DNA of 64,000 nt from Sedimentisphaerales bacterium (GTDB taxonomy: Bacteria > Planctomycetota > Phycisphaerae > Sedimentisphaerales > Anaerobacaceae). Numbering within the stretch: position 1 is the first letter of the stretch; each line of letters opens with the position of its first letter. Below the pieces are notes generated by a model that saw nothing but the letters and a program-made list of their open reading frames with translations, was not told the origin of the DNA and did not search any database. Location of the stretch: the NCBI GenBank assembly GCA_963708075.1, contig OY970194.1:1088001-1152000 (forward strand), read 5' to 3'. Shown here in pieces: positions 53,984-64,000 of the stretch. The position numbers and the translations under genes are program-made.

Positions 53984-54691
53984 GCGTGCTCCTCCACCGT
54001 GTAGCACCCCCGCCCTCGGGGGTGATCATCCCCAGCCGAGGGCGGCTGGGCCACATCCGACAGGTCGGACAACTCCGTCAGCTTGTCCGTGTCGAGATGC
54101 TCGAATTCATGATCCAGGTGAAACAGGAGGTTGCCCATGAGGAACACGCCTACAAAGACGTCCAGCAGGATGCCCAGCTCCACGAGGAACGGGAAATCGA
54201 GGCTCATGCTGATGCCGATGCCGTAGACGCCGTTCTCCATCACCAGGTAGGCCAGCGATTGCGTGATGGCCTTGCGCCGGGTGACCATGAGGAACAGGCC
54301 GACGAACATCGCGAAAAAGGAGCTTGTTGCCAGGATCAGAGGGGCGTGGCCGGGCAAGTGCAGGCGGGCGGTAATCCAGACCGCCAGGGCCAGCAGGGCC
54401 GTGCCGCACAGCAGCGAAGGCGCCGAAGCCAATGAACGGCTCGATCTCCCGGCGAATCCCCGTATGACGCAGACACACGCTCATCAGCCAGGGCAGAAGG
54501 ATGCCCTTGGAGAGGATCGTGCTCAGTCCCAGGATCCAGATGCCGAGCGAGATGTCGCCCCACGACCGGATGATCGGAAGCACCGCCAGCAGAACGCCCT
54601 GCACGGCTATCACGCGAATCGCCACGTGCAGCCGGCTCGACCCGAGCAAGAGCAAACAGGAGAGTATGAGCAGGACCGAGATGATATCCAT
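53980..54691 (-). CDS. hyfE: HyfE-like membrane subunit (frameshift near 54417)
   Basis: AVQGVLL, KGILLP, YLVMENG, VELGILLDVF. Confidence 0.82.
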
Positions 54692-54694
54692 ACA

Positions 54695-55609
54695 CTAGCC
54701 CATCAATTTCACAACGAGAGCGATCAGACCCAAGAGGGCCGCGCCGATGAGAACTTTGGGAATCTGTTGCAGACGCAGCCTCGCCAGGATCGACTCCACG
54801 ACCCCGACAACGACCATGACGAACACGATGCCAAGCAGGAACACCGGCGCCTGCAGCCACGGCGCGAGCGAGTGCATGGGAACCACCAGGTTCACCACGA
54901 GGGCCGCAAAGATCCACATCTTCAGCGACGCCGCATAGAGGATATAGGCGAAGTCCGGCCCGCTGTAGTCGAGCACCATGACCTCGTGGATCATCGTCAG
55001 TTCCAGGTGCGTATTGGGATCGTCGACCGGGATGCGCGAGTTCTCCGCGAGCAGCAGGACAAACCAGGAACCGGCGACCAGAACCAGGAGCACGCCGGAA
55101 GTCTGCCACGTCTCCAGCGAAATCCCCGAGACCATGTTCGACAGCCCGGAGAAGCCGAAGTGGAGCACGAGAACCAGCATGCCGAGAAAGAACGAAGGCT
55201 CCGCCAGGGCAGCGAACTGGACTTCGCGGCTCGCGCCCATGCCCTCAAAGCTCGACCCCGTGTCGAGGGCGGCCAGCACCGTGGCGAAGCGGGCCAGACC
55301 CAGCAGATAGGCCAGGAGGATGATGTCCCCGGTGAATGTGACAGGGGCACGCAGCCCACCCCACGGCAGCATCGTCGTGCAAATAGCCAGGCACGCCAGG
55401 ATCACCGATGGTGCGACGCGGATCACCATGCTTGTCGATCGGCTGTATACGGAAGCCTTCTGCAGCAGCTTGAACAGGTCGAAATAGAGCTGCCACACGG
55501 ACGGCCCCTGCCTGCCTGCGAAGAACGCCTTCACCCGATTGATGATGCCGAGCATGAGGGGAGAGAGGACCCATGCGGCCAGCGGAAGAGCCCAGTGCAT
55601 GATCTTCAT
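54695..55609 (-). CDS. hyfC: HyfC/NuoH-like membrane subunit
   Basis: GRQGP, KLLQK, GMGASRE, ENSRIPVDDPNTHLELTMIHE. Confidence 0.9.
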   Translation of the reverse strand: MKIMHWALPLAAWVLSPLMLGIINRVKAFFAGRQGPSVWQLYFDLFKLLQKASVYSRSTSMVIRVAPSVILACLAICTTMLPWGGLRAPVTFTGDIILLAYLLGLARFATVLAALDTGSSFEGMGASREVQFAALAEPSFFLGMLVLVLHFGFSGLSNMVSGISLETWQTSGVLLVLVAGSWFVLLLAENSRIPVDDPNTHLELTMIHEVMVLDYSGPDFAYILYAASLKMWIFAALVVNLVVPMHSLAPWLQAPVFLLGIVFVMVVVGVVESILARLRLQQIPKVLIGAALLGLIALVVKLMG

Positions 55610-57579
55610 TATCGCCCTCCCGCTTTCCAGAGCAGCAGCAGCACGAGCACAATCGCGATGTAGAGCAGGTACTCGTGGATGCGTCCATGCTGCATTCGGC
55701 GTATCGGGGATAGCGTGCGATCCACGAGCCGGAACAGCGGGGCGAACAGGCGTTCGCGTGCTGCATCCGGTGTGTGTGTCTCGAATGTCGTCGGCTGCGG
55801 GAAGAATCCCTGCGGCGGCTTGCCGTGCTTGCGGGTCCCGAGGAAAACACGGAACAGATCAGTCAGAGGCTGTGCAAAGGACGACGCAGTGTACTGCATC
55901 CGGGGCGTCGGCCGGGCATAGCCGCAGCCCCATGTTCCCGTCACGGTTTCCTCTCTCGCCCGCGGCAGATGGCGGCGGACTATGTACAGGCCGACGATCA
56001 ACAGCAGCAGGGATGCTGATACATACACGACGCCCGTCAGACTCTGCGTCGCAATTGTTACGGGCTCCATTGCCGGCCCGGCCACGACACGGATAGCGGG
56101 AGCGACCAGCTTCACCGCCATCGGCGCCAGCAGGCCGATGCTCAGGCACACAGCGGCGAGTATCGCCATCGGCCATCGCATCGCGGCGCCCACCTCATGA
56201 GCGTTCACGGCGTGAGAGCTTCGCGGCTCCCCGAGAAACACGACGCCGAACGCTTTGGCGAAGCAAGCGGCCGCCAAGCCACCGATCAGTGCCAGGCCGC
56301 CGGTAATCCCGATGGCCAGGATGACCGTCTCAGGTGACCCGGCCCGTACGCCGCTGAAGGCGCCGACGTAGATGAGGAACTCGCTGACGAACCCATTGAA
56401 CGGGGGCAAGCCGGAGATCGCGGCCGAAGCGACAAGGAATGTCACGCCCGTCCAGCGCATCGACTTGAACAATCCGCCGAGATGATCGATGTCCCTCGTC
56501 CCCGTGCTATGGACGACAGCGCCGGCGCCGAGGAACAGCAGACTCTTGAACACGGCGTGGTTCAGCACGTGCAGGATGCCTCCGCCGAACCCCAGGACCA
56601 CCAGCACCGGTTGTTTCCAAGCGAGGCCCAGGAGGCCTGCGCCGATGCCGAGTGCGATGATGCCTATGTTCTCGACGCTGTGATAGGCGAGGAGCCGCTT
56701 GAGATCGTGCTGGGCCAGCGCGAACGCGACACCGAGGATGCCCGACACCAGGCCGATGATAATCAGGGTCCAGCCCCAGGCTGCCGATGGATTGCCCAGC
56801 AGCGTCAGCATACGGAGCAGCCCGTAAATACCTGTCTTGATCATCACGCCCGACATCAGGGCCGAGACGTGGCTCGGGGCGGCGGGGTGAGCTTCCGGCA
56901 GCCAGACGTGCAATGGGATGAAGCCGGCCTTTGAGCCGAAACCGATCACAGCGAGAGCGAACAGCACACTTGCCATCGCCGGGGACAAGCTCGCCCCGGC
57001 CATCCGGTCAAAGTCCAGCGAGTTCGCCTGCCTGCCCAGCAAGGCAAAGAGCACGAGCAGTGCGGCTGTCCCAATGTGGGTGGCGATCAAGTATGTCCAG
57101 CCCGCCTCACGCACGTGGGCGTGCTCATCGTCGAAGATGACCAGGAAGAATGAGCTGATCGCCATGAGCTCCCAGACGATCAGGAACAGCAGGGCATTTC
57201 GCGACGCCATCAGAAGGAGCATGCTGGCCGTCAGGACGTTGTAGAAGAAGAGGATTGGGCCGAGTGACTTCTTCTCATTCGCCAAGTATGCACAGCCGTA
57301 GAGGGCTGCAAGCGGCGAGATAAGCAGGATCGGCAGGCAGAAGAACGCGGACAGCCCGTCCAGTCCGAACGAGAGTGACCCGCCGGGCATGCTCCAGGCG
57401 ATCTGTATCGGCGTCACCGCCTGGCCCGACAGCGCCCCAATCACCGGGACTGATGCGATGCCGCATCCTATCCACACCCCGAGCGTGGCAAGCCACGTGG
57501 CGGCTCTTGTGCGACCCATCAGAAGAACGCCGGCGCCCACCAGGACCGGCAGAATGCAACCTGCGATGAACAGTTCCAC
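55609..57579 (-). CDS. hyfB: HyfB-like antiporter-type membrane subunit
   Basis: WELMAISS, KAGFIPLHVWLPEAHPAAPS, LKRLLAYHSVENIG, NHAVFKSLLF, WGCGY. Confidence 0.9.
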   Translation of the reverse strand: MELFIAGCILPVLVGAGVLLMGRTRAATWLATLGVWIGCGIASVPVIGALSGQAVTPIQIAWSMPGGSLSFGLDGLSAFFCLPILLISPLAALYGCAYLANEKKSLGPILFFYNVLTASMLLLMASRNALLFLIVWELMAISSFFLVIFDDEHAHVREAGWTYLIATHIGTAALLVLFALLGRQANSLDFDRMAGASLSPAMASVLFALAVIGFGSKAGFIPLHVWLPEAHPAAPSHVSALMSGVMIKTGIYGLLRMLTLLGNPSAAWGWTLIIIGLVSGILGVAFALAQHDLKRLLAYHSVENIGIIALGIGAGLLGLAWKQPVLVVLGFGGGILHVLNHAVFKSLLFLGAGAVVHSTGTRDIDHLGGLFKSMRWTGVTFLVASAAISGLPPFNGFVSEFLIYVGAFSGVRAGSPETVILAIGITGGLALIGGLAAACFAKAFGVVFLGEPRSSHAVNAHEVGAAMRWPMAILAAVCLSIGLLAPMAVKLVAPAIRVVAGPAMEPVTIATQSLTGVVYVSASLLLLIVGLYIVRRHLPRAREETVTGTWGCGYARPTPRMQYTASSFAQPLTDLFRVFLGTRKHGKPPQGFFPQPTTFETHTPDAARERLFAPLFRLVDRTLSPIRRMQHGRIHEYLLYIAIVLVLLLLWKAGGR

Positions 57580-57590
57580 TTAGCGGTCCT

Positions 57591-58265
57591 TTACGAATCT
57601 CGATGCAAGCGGGCTTCCGTCTGAGATAGAAGTTTCAGAATTGTCTCACGCGCCGCCTGGTTCAAGACGGCCTTCTTGAACTCCGCAGTGCGAAGACAGA
57701 AGGACAGTCTCGCCAATATACGCAAATGCGTGCGGACGTTCGGTGAGATCAGCATGAACAGGGCGTACACAGGCTTGCCATCCAGTGCGCCGTAGTCGAT
57801 CGGCTTCTCCAGGAACGACAAGGACAAGATCGGATAGCTGACAAAGCCCACTAAAGACCCGCGGGCATGGGGGATAGCAATGTGGTCTCCGATGCCTGTG
57901 GAGGCCAGTTCCTCCCTCGCGAAGAACATCTGGAACAGCGGGTCAGAGACACTGTCATCGACCCCCTTGATCATCCCCAGTGCATTTCGCAGCACATCCT
58001 TCTTTGTCTCGCCGCTGATGCGATAGAAGACACCGCCTCTGACGAGCATCTCGTGCAGCGAGATATCCTCGTCATTCTCCGCCTCCGAGGCGGCGTCAGG
58101 CAGAGGCCCGAGGCCTTCCCTGATGACGAGATTGTTTACCTCCGACCTTTCCAGGAAGTGCTGGCTGCCCAGGCGATGGGACGGAAGCCGCCCATCCTTG
58201 ATCCAGCGGTATACGGTCTTCTGAGAGACTCCCAGTGCCTCAGCAGCCTCACGAACCGAAAGCAT
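57591..58265 (-). CDS. Excisionase-type HTH fused to a PTS EIIA (Ntr/fructose-type) domain
   Basis: LSVREAAEALGVSQKTVYRWIKDGRLP; REELASTGIGDHIAIPHAR; H..ILARL. Confidence 0.88.
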   Translation of the reverse strand: MLSVREAAEALGVSQKTVYRWIKDGRLPSHRLGSQHFLERSEVNNLVIREGLGPLPDAASEAENDEDISLHEMLVRGGVFYRISGETKKDVLRNALGMIKGVDDSVSDPLFQMFFAREELASTGIGDHIAIPHARGSLVGFVSYPILSLSFLEKPIDYGALDGKPVYALFMLISPNVRTHLRILARLSFCLRTAEFKKAVLNQAARETILKLLSQTEARLHRDS

Positions 58266-58310
58266 GACATCAGGTCTCCAATTTGCCTCTACGTGACAAG
58301 CACAGCCCAG

Positions 58311-58339
58311 AGTGTACGAAGTATTTACCCTGATGTCAA
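58311..58339 (-). promoter_or_regulatory. Sigma70 promoter of the HTH-EIIA/Ehr operon
   Basis: Minus strand TTGACA-N17-TACACT. Confidence 0.7.
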
Positions 58340-58403
58340 TACGTGTGACAAAATTTTCCTTTATTGGGACACGCGAGTGAGCAGGCCGGCAAACCGGGGG
58401 ACA

Positions 58404-58442
58404 GAAATAATGCGGGCCCCTTGCCTTCGACAAAGGGCCCGT
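58404..58442 (-). terminator. Probable terminator of the small membrane protein gene
   Basis: Minus strand ACGGGCCCTTTG-loop-CAAGGGGCCCGC followed by ATTATTTC. Confidence 0.5.
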
Positions 58443-58497
58443 AGAAATGGCGCCATAAACTTAGGCCCAGACTATACTTCCATATAGCCGGTCTACT

Positions 58498-58734
58498 CTA
58501 CGCACGCACACTGACGGGCTGTGGTCTTCGTTTCTTTCCCAGCCGCGTCAATACATACACACCGACCAGCAGTCCAAGCAGAGAAGCGGTCCGGCTGAAA
58601 ACCATCAACGAGCCGAACGGCTCGGATAGCAGAAGGTCAATGCGACTGAAGCCAAAAAGGCTCAGGCTTAGCACTCCGATGGATACTGCAATATATGCAA
58701 GGATGTCGGCCGAGTTTTGTCTTGGAGCCTTCAT
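58498..58734 (-). CDS. Small two-TM hypothetical protein
   Basis: AAAGGA RBS; two hydrophobic segments and a basic tail. Confidence 0.55.
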   Translation of the reverse strand: MKAPRQNSADILAYIAVSIGVLSLSLFGFSRIDLLLSEPFGSLMVFSRTASLLGLLVGVYVLTRLGKKRRPQPVSVRA

Positions 58735-59070
58735 CTCGATTTCCTTTCCGAGTCTTCTGCGTCTACTCATTTTCTCTGGCTGTCTACAAATTCTACGTCC
58801 TGGTCAGGAATCAGTTTGAGACCGGTCGGGAGGGAATTACCACATCCGGGGGGGGTCTTTGCCAAGGTGCACCAGGGCACAGGCAAGGATGCCTTTATGC
58901 CTTCATCTTCCTGCGGTTACTCAAGTTATGTTCCCGGAGGTGCTTATGGCATCCGACGGCAGCCACAGGCAGCAAAGAGTCCGGCGGCTTTGAGGGTTCG
59001 GCGTATTGGCTTTGCCGGCCGCCACTGCCATGATGGATGGCTAAACAGAAGAGACTCTCTGGGGGAATCT

Positions 59071-60023
59071 ATGTACGGCATCCTCACAACAAGTCTGTGG
59101 CCTTCCGGCTCTCCTATCGATCTGCTGGAACAGATGCCCACCCGTGTGCTCGGCAGGACCGGGCGGAACATCTCCATCCTCGGGCTCGGCGGCCATCACA
59201 TCGGACAAATCCAGGACGACCGGGAGGCGATCCGCCTTATTCGTACGGCCATCGACATGGGCATCACGTTCATGGACAACGCATGGGAGTACCACCAGGG
59301 GCGGTCCGAAATGCTCATGGGCAAAGCCCTGCAGGACGGCTATCGAGAACCGAATCTTCCTTATGACCAAGCATCACGGCCGGGATAAGAAAACCGCCAT
59401 GCAGCACCTCGAAGACAGCCTGCGTCGACTCAACACCGACGTGATCGATCTGTGGCAGTTCCACGAGATCATCTACGAGAACCGATCCGGACATGATCTT
59501 CGCCCCCGGCGGCGGGATTGAGGCGGCCGAGCAGGCCAGGGAGCAAGGCAAGGTCCGACACATCGGCTTCACCGGCCACAAAGACCCCGCCATTTTCCGC
59601 AAGATGCTGTCGTACGACTATCCCTGGGACAGTGTGCAGATGCCGGTCAATGTGCTGGACGCTCATTTCATGAGCTTCCAGAGGAATATTCTGCCGATCC
59701 TGCTGGAGCGCAACATCGGCCCGATCGCCATGAAGAGCATGGGGGGTGGGCACATCCTGGAGTCCGGGGTCGTCGGGCCCAGGCAGGCCCTGCGCTATGC
59801 CTGGAGTCAGCCGGTGGCGACGGTGGTCTGCGGCATGACCAGCAGAGAGCAACTCGAACAGAACGTCGAAGCCGCCATGGATTTCAAGCCGTTGAGTAAG
59901 CAGGAGGAATCCGAGCTGCTGGAGAAAGCCAGGCCGGCGGCCCGGGACGGTGCGTTTGAGCCGTTCAAGACCACGGCTCAATTCGACGGAATCGTGGGAA
60001 AACAATTGCATGGACTGGCATAG
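59071..60023 (+). CDS. Aldo/keto reductase (two frameshifts, near 59348 and 59480, probably artefacts)
   Basis: LGRTG, LGLGGHHIG, FMDNAWEY, IFLMTK, DLWQFHE, IGFTGHKDP, AMKSMGGG. Confidence 0.85.
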
Positions 60024-60044
60024 GCCGATAGCAGGACCTGAAGC

Positions 60045-60548
60045 ATGGACGGGCACTCGTTGAGCAAAGCGTTGCGGACCGCCGGGGGGCTCTACATGTT
60101 CTGCCGGCGGGGGATCATCATCACCTCGTTCATCGCCGCCCTGTGCATGATGATGATCGCGCTCTACCAGATGGGGATCATCAAGAGGCTGCCCGACTTG
60201 CCGTGGCGCCGATTCAAATCCTCTGAAATTGCCGCTGTCATCGCTGCGTACCGTCCTCTGGGCTTGCCAATCCCTGATTCTCTCCTGGGCGTGGTCAGCT
60301 ACGCCGTGACAGCCGCCCTCGCCGCGTTTGCCGGGCCACAACGTCATCAGGACCTGCCCTGGATCGTGCTTCTGATGACGGTCAAAATACTCGCAGATGC
60401 CACGCTGGCCGGCGTCTTGTGGTGGGTACAATGGGCATGGTACCGGGCCTTTTGCATGTATTGCCTTGCCGCCGCCGTCGCCAGCTTTGCAGCCGTGATC
60501 CTGGCAGTCCCCGAAACATGGGCAACGCTGCGGCGCCTGTGGCCATAA
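60045..60548 (+). CDS. Vitamin K epoxide reductase family membrane protein
   Basis: LYQMGII..LPDLP, IPDSLLG, FCMYC CxxC motif, several TM segments. Confidence 0.75.
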   Translation: MDGHSLSKALRTAGGLYMFCRRGIIITSFIAALCMMMIALYQMGIIKRLPDLPWRRFKSSEIAAVIAAYRPLGLPIPDSLLGVVSYAVTAALAAFAGPQRHQDLPWIVLLMTVKILADATLAGVLWWVQWAWYRAFCMYCLAAAVASFAAVILAVPETWATLRRLWP

Positions 60549-60655
60549 CCGGTTCGTCACGTCCTGCCGGCCATCTCTGCCAGAGTCCCAGACCTGCCCA
60601 TTGGCAATGCATCCTTAGAGTCTCTAACACAATGAAAACATGGTAAGGTTGCCCA

Positions 60656-60732
60656 CATGTCATTCCCGCGAAGGCGGGAATCCAGTCGCCTATCGAATGA
60701 TCCTGGACCCCCGCCTTCGCGGGGGTGACATG
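60656..60732. repeat. Palindromic repeat of the GTCATTCCCGCGAAGGCGGGAATCC (dRS3-like) type
   Basis: CATGTCATTCCCGCGAAGGCGGG...CCCGCCTTCGCGGGGGTGACATG. Confidence 0.8.
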
Positions 60733-60897
60733 ATAAGGCTCATTCTGCTATAGCCTCTTACGCAGGCGTAAGCATGACACCCGGCTCTTGCTTCCTGCGG
60801 GATTTCCATGCATACTTGTGACGGGTGTGATGTCGCCCGAGTGGGAATGGAATTGGGCACAAGGCGGTTAGAGGTGTGGTTGAACGGGAGAAGGCAA

Positions 60898-61878
60898 ATG
60901 AGGACATACCTGGTTCTGTTCGTTGTGTGTATCGCCTGCCCGGCAGGATGGGCCGAGTATCCGGAGCTGGCGGCGTTGAAGGAATCGAGCCGCAAGACCC
61001 TGGCCGGTTATGCCGGGAAGTTCGCGGGCGACGACGCGAAGTTCGAGGGCCTTGTCAAGTTCGGGGAGGCCCTCAAGGTGGTCGAGGACCCCGCCAAGGC
61101 TGATGTGGCGAAGCTGACGTACAAGAGCAAAGCCTACTGGCGGGCGGTGCTGGAGATGACGCCCCAGGATTCGTCCGTCCTGCTGGCCCACGCCCATCTG
61201 CACGCCGCTCGCGGCGAGCGGGACTACGCCGACATGTACTTCCTGCTGGCCAGCGTGACGATGGACAAGAGCCGCCGCGAGGAATTGGAGGCGTACACCC
61301 GCTTGCGGGACGCGTTGAACGCAAGGGCAGGCCAGGAGATTGGACGGGGCGTCAAGCTCCACGACATGGGTCACTACACGAAGGCGATTGAGATCTACGA
61401 CGGCATACTCGCCGAGTATCCCTGCTCCTCCCAGGCGTACTACGAGAAGGGCTACTCCTATCTGATGATGCGTAAAAACGATCCGGCCATGAAGCGTAAA
61501 GCGGATGAAATGTACGCGGAGTGCAGGCGGCTGGACCCGTTCTGGTGGAAGGCGTACCAGGGCGGCGGGCCGACCGTGGTGAAAAAACTACAGGTGTGCC
61601 TGGAAAAGGTGCAGCCGTTCCTCTCCGGCAAGGAGCGAAGCAAGGCGGGTTTCGTCGCGTTCGCGGAGGGCTGCGAGGCCATGGAGTTGTACCCGTTCGC
61701 CGCCCATGCGAGATGGAAGCTCGCTATGATGGACCCTGACCAGATGCGCGAGCACGTGAAGGCGTTCCTGGACCTGATTGAGAAGTGCGGCTGCGAAGAC
61801 CCTGCCTTCTTTCGCCGCCAGTTCCAGCTCGACGAGAACAAGGCAACCACCCCGGCGGATGCCGGTTCCCATAAGTAG
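60898..61878 (+). CDS. Exported TPR-containing protein
   Basis: Signal peptide; GVKLHDMGHYTKAIEIY..AYYEKGYSY TPR pattern. Confidence 0.65.
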   Translation: MRTYLVLFVVCIACPAGWAEYPELAALKESSRKTLAGYAGKFAGDDAKFEGLVKFGEALKVVEDPAKADVAKLTYKSKAYWRAVLEMTPQDSSVLLAHAHLHAARGERDYADMYFLLASVTMDKSRREELEAYTRLRDALNARAGQEIGRGVKLHDMGHYTKAIEIYDGILAEYPCSSQAYYEKGYSYLMMRKNDPAMKRKADEMYAECRRLDPFWWKAYQGGGPTVVKKLQVCLEKVQPFLSGKERSKAGFVAFAEGCEAMELYPFAAHARWKLAMMDPDQMREHVKAFLDLIEKCGCEDPAFFRRQFQLDENKATTPADAGSHK

Positions 61879-62177
61879 GCCGGACCGACGTGAGCGAACT
61901 GCCCTCATCAAATAAGGGGAGAACTCTTGCAGATTCGTGGCGGCGGGTCCGTATCATCGGGAGACGCCGGCGGGCATTGGGCGTCTGCCGGGTATAGAAG
62001 GGAACCTGTGAGCCGACTGGAACGCGGGCCGGCTCTTGCTCGGATAGAACTGCACTGAAGATATCGCAGCTTAAGACATTCAGGGATGTCGGGGCACGGT
62101 TTCGGGAGAACTGGCGGGGGTACGTACACCAGTACCGTGTCCTGCTGCTCCTGACGTTTCTCGCTTCCCTGGCGGAT

Positions 62178-62462
62178 ATGGCCTCGACCATTTATTTCAT
62201 GCTGATCCACGGCCCCGCGGCGGAGGGGCACCCGGTCGTGAGGATGATCTCGCATGTTTTGGGACCCATCCTGGGGCCCATGTTGGGCAAGACCACTCAG
62301 TTTCTGGTAGCCATCGTGGTGACGGTCTTCCTTCGCCGGTGGGCGGCCTACATCTTCGTTCCGCTCATCATCCTCTACGGCTGGGCCGCCTGGTACAACC
62401 TCTGGGGCCATGAGGTCTACTACCCCCGCCTGCTCGAGATCCTGGAACACTTGGGAATCTGA
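62178..62462 (+). CDS. Small membrane protein, DUF5658-like; true start probably upstream
   Basis: Frame stays open back to about 62000 and adds a further TM segment (LLLLTFLASLAD); EGHP motif. Confidence 0.45.
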   Translation: MASTIYFMLIHGPAAEGHPVVRMISHVLGPILGPMLGKTTQFLVAIVVTVFLRRWAAYIFVPLIILYGWAAWYNLWGHEVYYPRLLEILEHLGI

Positions 62463-62718
62463 GCCTTCTGCAGGGGTACTGGGCGTGCCATCTGAACAGT
62501 TGCTCACAGGGACCGTACAAGGGGCGGACTCGGCTTTTGTCGTTGCATCCGAGCCTGATTACGGATATAATTAGCATGGCAGGAGCGGGAGGCTGCACCG
62601 GTTGTTCCCCTGCCCTGGAAATAGACGGGATGACGGTCCCGAGGTCCGATAGACAACCAATGATATTTCCCATATCAACTCGACTCAGCGGACTGGACCG
62701 CTCTGAGGCACGACTGTA

Positions 62719-63477
62719 ATGACTGGGCCGGTGATAGAGAAGGTGTCGCAGCGCCTCGGGAAGGTGCTCGTCAAGGCGCGCCGGAGAGCCATCGTGTATT
62801 CGCTGCTGACGGCGTTTTGCACGCCGGCGTTTGTGGCATTGGTGAGCCTTGCCGCTCGCGTCGTGCTACTGCCCGTTGTGCAGCCATCCGGCTACTGGAC
62901 CGATACGGTCACGATCTACACCGGCACGATTATCTTCCTCGGCTCGATGCTGGTTCTAGTTCTGATTGACTCTGCTCGCTCGCCCATGAAAGCTCTATTC
63001 AGCAAGACGTGGCTGGCCGGGACGGGGGTCTTTCTCCTGCTGCTTTTTCTGATGTATCGCACATCCCTGCCGGCGCGAACCCCCGGCGTCTTCAATATGC
63101 TTTTTGTCGTGGGAGGCCTTCTGGTCCTGGGGCTCGTCGGGCAGATGCCCCTGGCCAACCATGCCGCCCGGGGCTCGGGCACATGCAAGGACATTTTCGC
63201 AGGCCTTGCGATTATCGGTTCGGGCATTGTGACCGCATATGCTGAGCTTCTGTCGGCCTCATGGCTGTGGGTGCCGCCGCGTCCGCAGGAGGTCCGCATC
63301 GCCGCGGGCGTCCTGTACCGGCTGGCGATCGACCCGGACGAACCGTTCAATAGCAGCACCGTCAACAGTCGACTGATGGCCCTCCTGTTCCGTCTCAACC
63401 TCGTCAAAATGACGGACAACGAGCTTCGCCTGACCCCCAAAGGCATGGACTTCGTCTGGTCAGCCGCGAAGGATTGA
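62719..63477 (+). CDS. Hypothetical multi-TM membrane protein
   Basis: About five hydrophobic segments and a C-terminal wHTH-like LRLTPKG. Confidence 0.6.
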   Translation: MTGPVIEKVSQRLGKVLVKARRRAIVYSLLTAFCTPAFVALVSLAARVVLLPVVQPSGYWTDTVTIYTGTIIFLGSMLVLVLIDSARSPMKALFSKTWLAGTGVFLLLLFLMYRTSLPARTPGVFNMLFVVGGLLVLGLVGQMPLANHAARGSGTCKDIFAGLAIIGSGIVTAYAELLSASWLWVPPRPQEVRIAAGVLYRLAIDPDEPFNSSTVNSRLMALLFRLNLVKMTDNELRLTPKGMDFVWSAAKD

Positions 63478-63647
63478 CACGTTCCAGAAACTCACCGAAG
63501 GGCGACACAATTGCCCGCAGCGCTGGGTCTCAGCAGACCCTTCCGTCCCAAGGGATGACGAATATCGTGCACGGTGTACGCAGGCCGTGGTATGATAGTG
63601 CAGAGACCGCGCGACAGTGCGTGTTCGTTCGTTGAGGATGTCGAGAA

Positions 63648-63947
63648 ATGGACGACAAGAGGTATTACGGATTGCTGCTGAAGTTCAGGGATGAAGGCAT
63701 CCGGTTTCGTTCCTTCATGGGCAGACGATGGTTCGCTGTGAAGGGGCTCATCCTCGTCGTTTCCGTTGCCTTTGTGTCGATTGAGGATCCTGTCATCCAA
63801 GTGGTCGGCTTGATCCTGCTGGGGTTCGCGTCGGGCACGATTGCTGTGGACGTTCGCAGCTACGTCACAACAAAGAGGTACTGGCCTTATCAAAAAGAGG
63901 TTCTCAATTGGGACAAGATCGAGGCCTTTTCAAAGGAGACCCCATGA
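63648..63947 (+). CDS. Small two-TM hypothetical protein
   Basis: GAGG RBS, two TM segments, WP....VLNWDKIE tail. Confidence 0.6.
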   Translation: MDDKRYYGLLLKFRDEGIRFRSFMGRRWFAVKGLILVVSVAFVSIEDPVIQVVGLILLGFASGTIAVDVRSYVTTKRYWPYQKEVLNWDKIEAFSKETP

Positions 63948-64000
63948 AGAGCGGTGGTCGCCGTGTCGCGGGCGGTGTCTTGCTCACCGCTCTTGTCGTC
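63944..64000 (+). CDS. Start of an exported protein, truncated by the window edge
   Basis: AAGGAG RBS, ATGA overlap, MKSGGRRVAGGVLLTALVV. Confidence 0.5.
   Translation, partial: MKSGGRRVAGGVLLTALVV

Noticed and set aside
50085..54691. Ehr operon decaying into pseudogenes
   Set aside because: All four lesions are single-base indels with no nonsense codons and intact motifs; two fall on the CGAGACC error motif shared with unrelated genes.
50085..57579. True group 4 [NiFe]-hydrogenase or formate hydrogenlyase
   Set aside because: The large subunit lacks both Ni-binding CxxC motifs, and no fdh or hyp genes are adjacent.
58940..59030. c-di-GMP-I riboswitch on the minus strand
   Set aside because: GGCAAA and CAAAGCC-like words occur, but the GAAA-capped first hairpin and the second stem cannot be formed.
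60800..64000. Integron cassette array of small hypothetical genes
   Set aside because: No repeated attC-like sites with RYYYAAC/GTTRRRY ends; each gene has its own promoter-like upstream sequence.

Overview
GC-rich bacterial chromosomal segment. Gene content and secreted-protein style suggest an anaerobic planctomycete such as Phycisphaerae/Sedimentisphaerales (inference). Core genes: rfbC-rfbD-rfbB, an FMN glutamate-synthase-family gene with a divergent LysR, UDG, panB, an orphan ParA, GH130, an MsbA-like ABC exporter, ffs-dnaX-recR-rpoN, proC, a stand-alone rpsD, and an Ehr (hydrogenase-related, no Ni ligands) operon headed by an HTH-PTS EIIA gene. Four large secreted proteins are rich in D-[PAVS]-[NC] tripeptides. 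There are two accessory regions. Region 1 (about 2.4-9.5 kb) is bracketed by REPs. It holds an HNH-AP2 nuclease whose 3' end recurs twice at about 320-bp intervals, a candidate ~105-nt ncRNA with its own promoter and terminator, a GHKL/MORC ATPase-nuclease plus SPPY methyltransferase pair, and vapBC. Region 2 (about 15.2-18.4 kb) holds HEPN/MNT, a MITE, a tRNA-Gly remnant, and Abi-alpha-like and TIGR02391 genes. A complete ISKra4-like IS with an 8-bp target duplication shares its ends with the MITE. Seven of nine non-IS frameshifts are repaired by restoring the same 7-mer, CGAGACC, which points to modification-linked sequencing error rather than gene decay. All calls come from reading motifs by eye; no searches were run.
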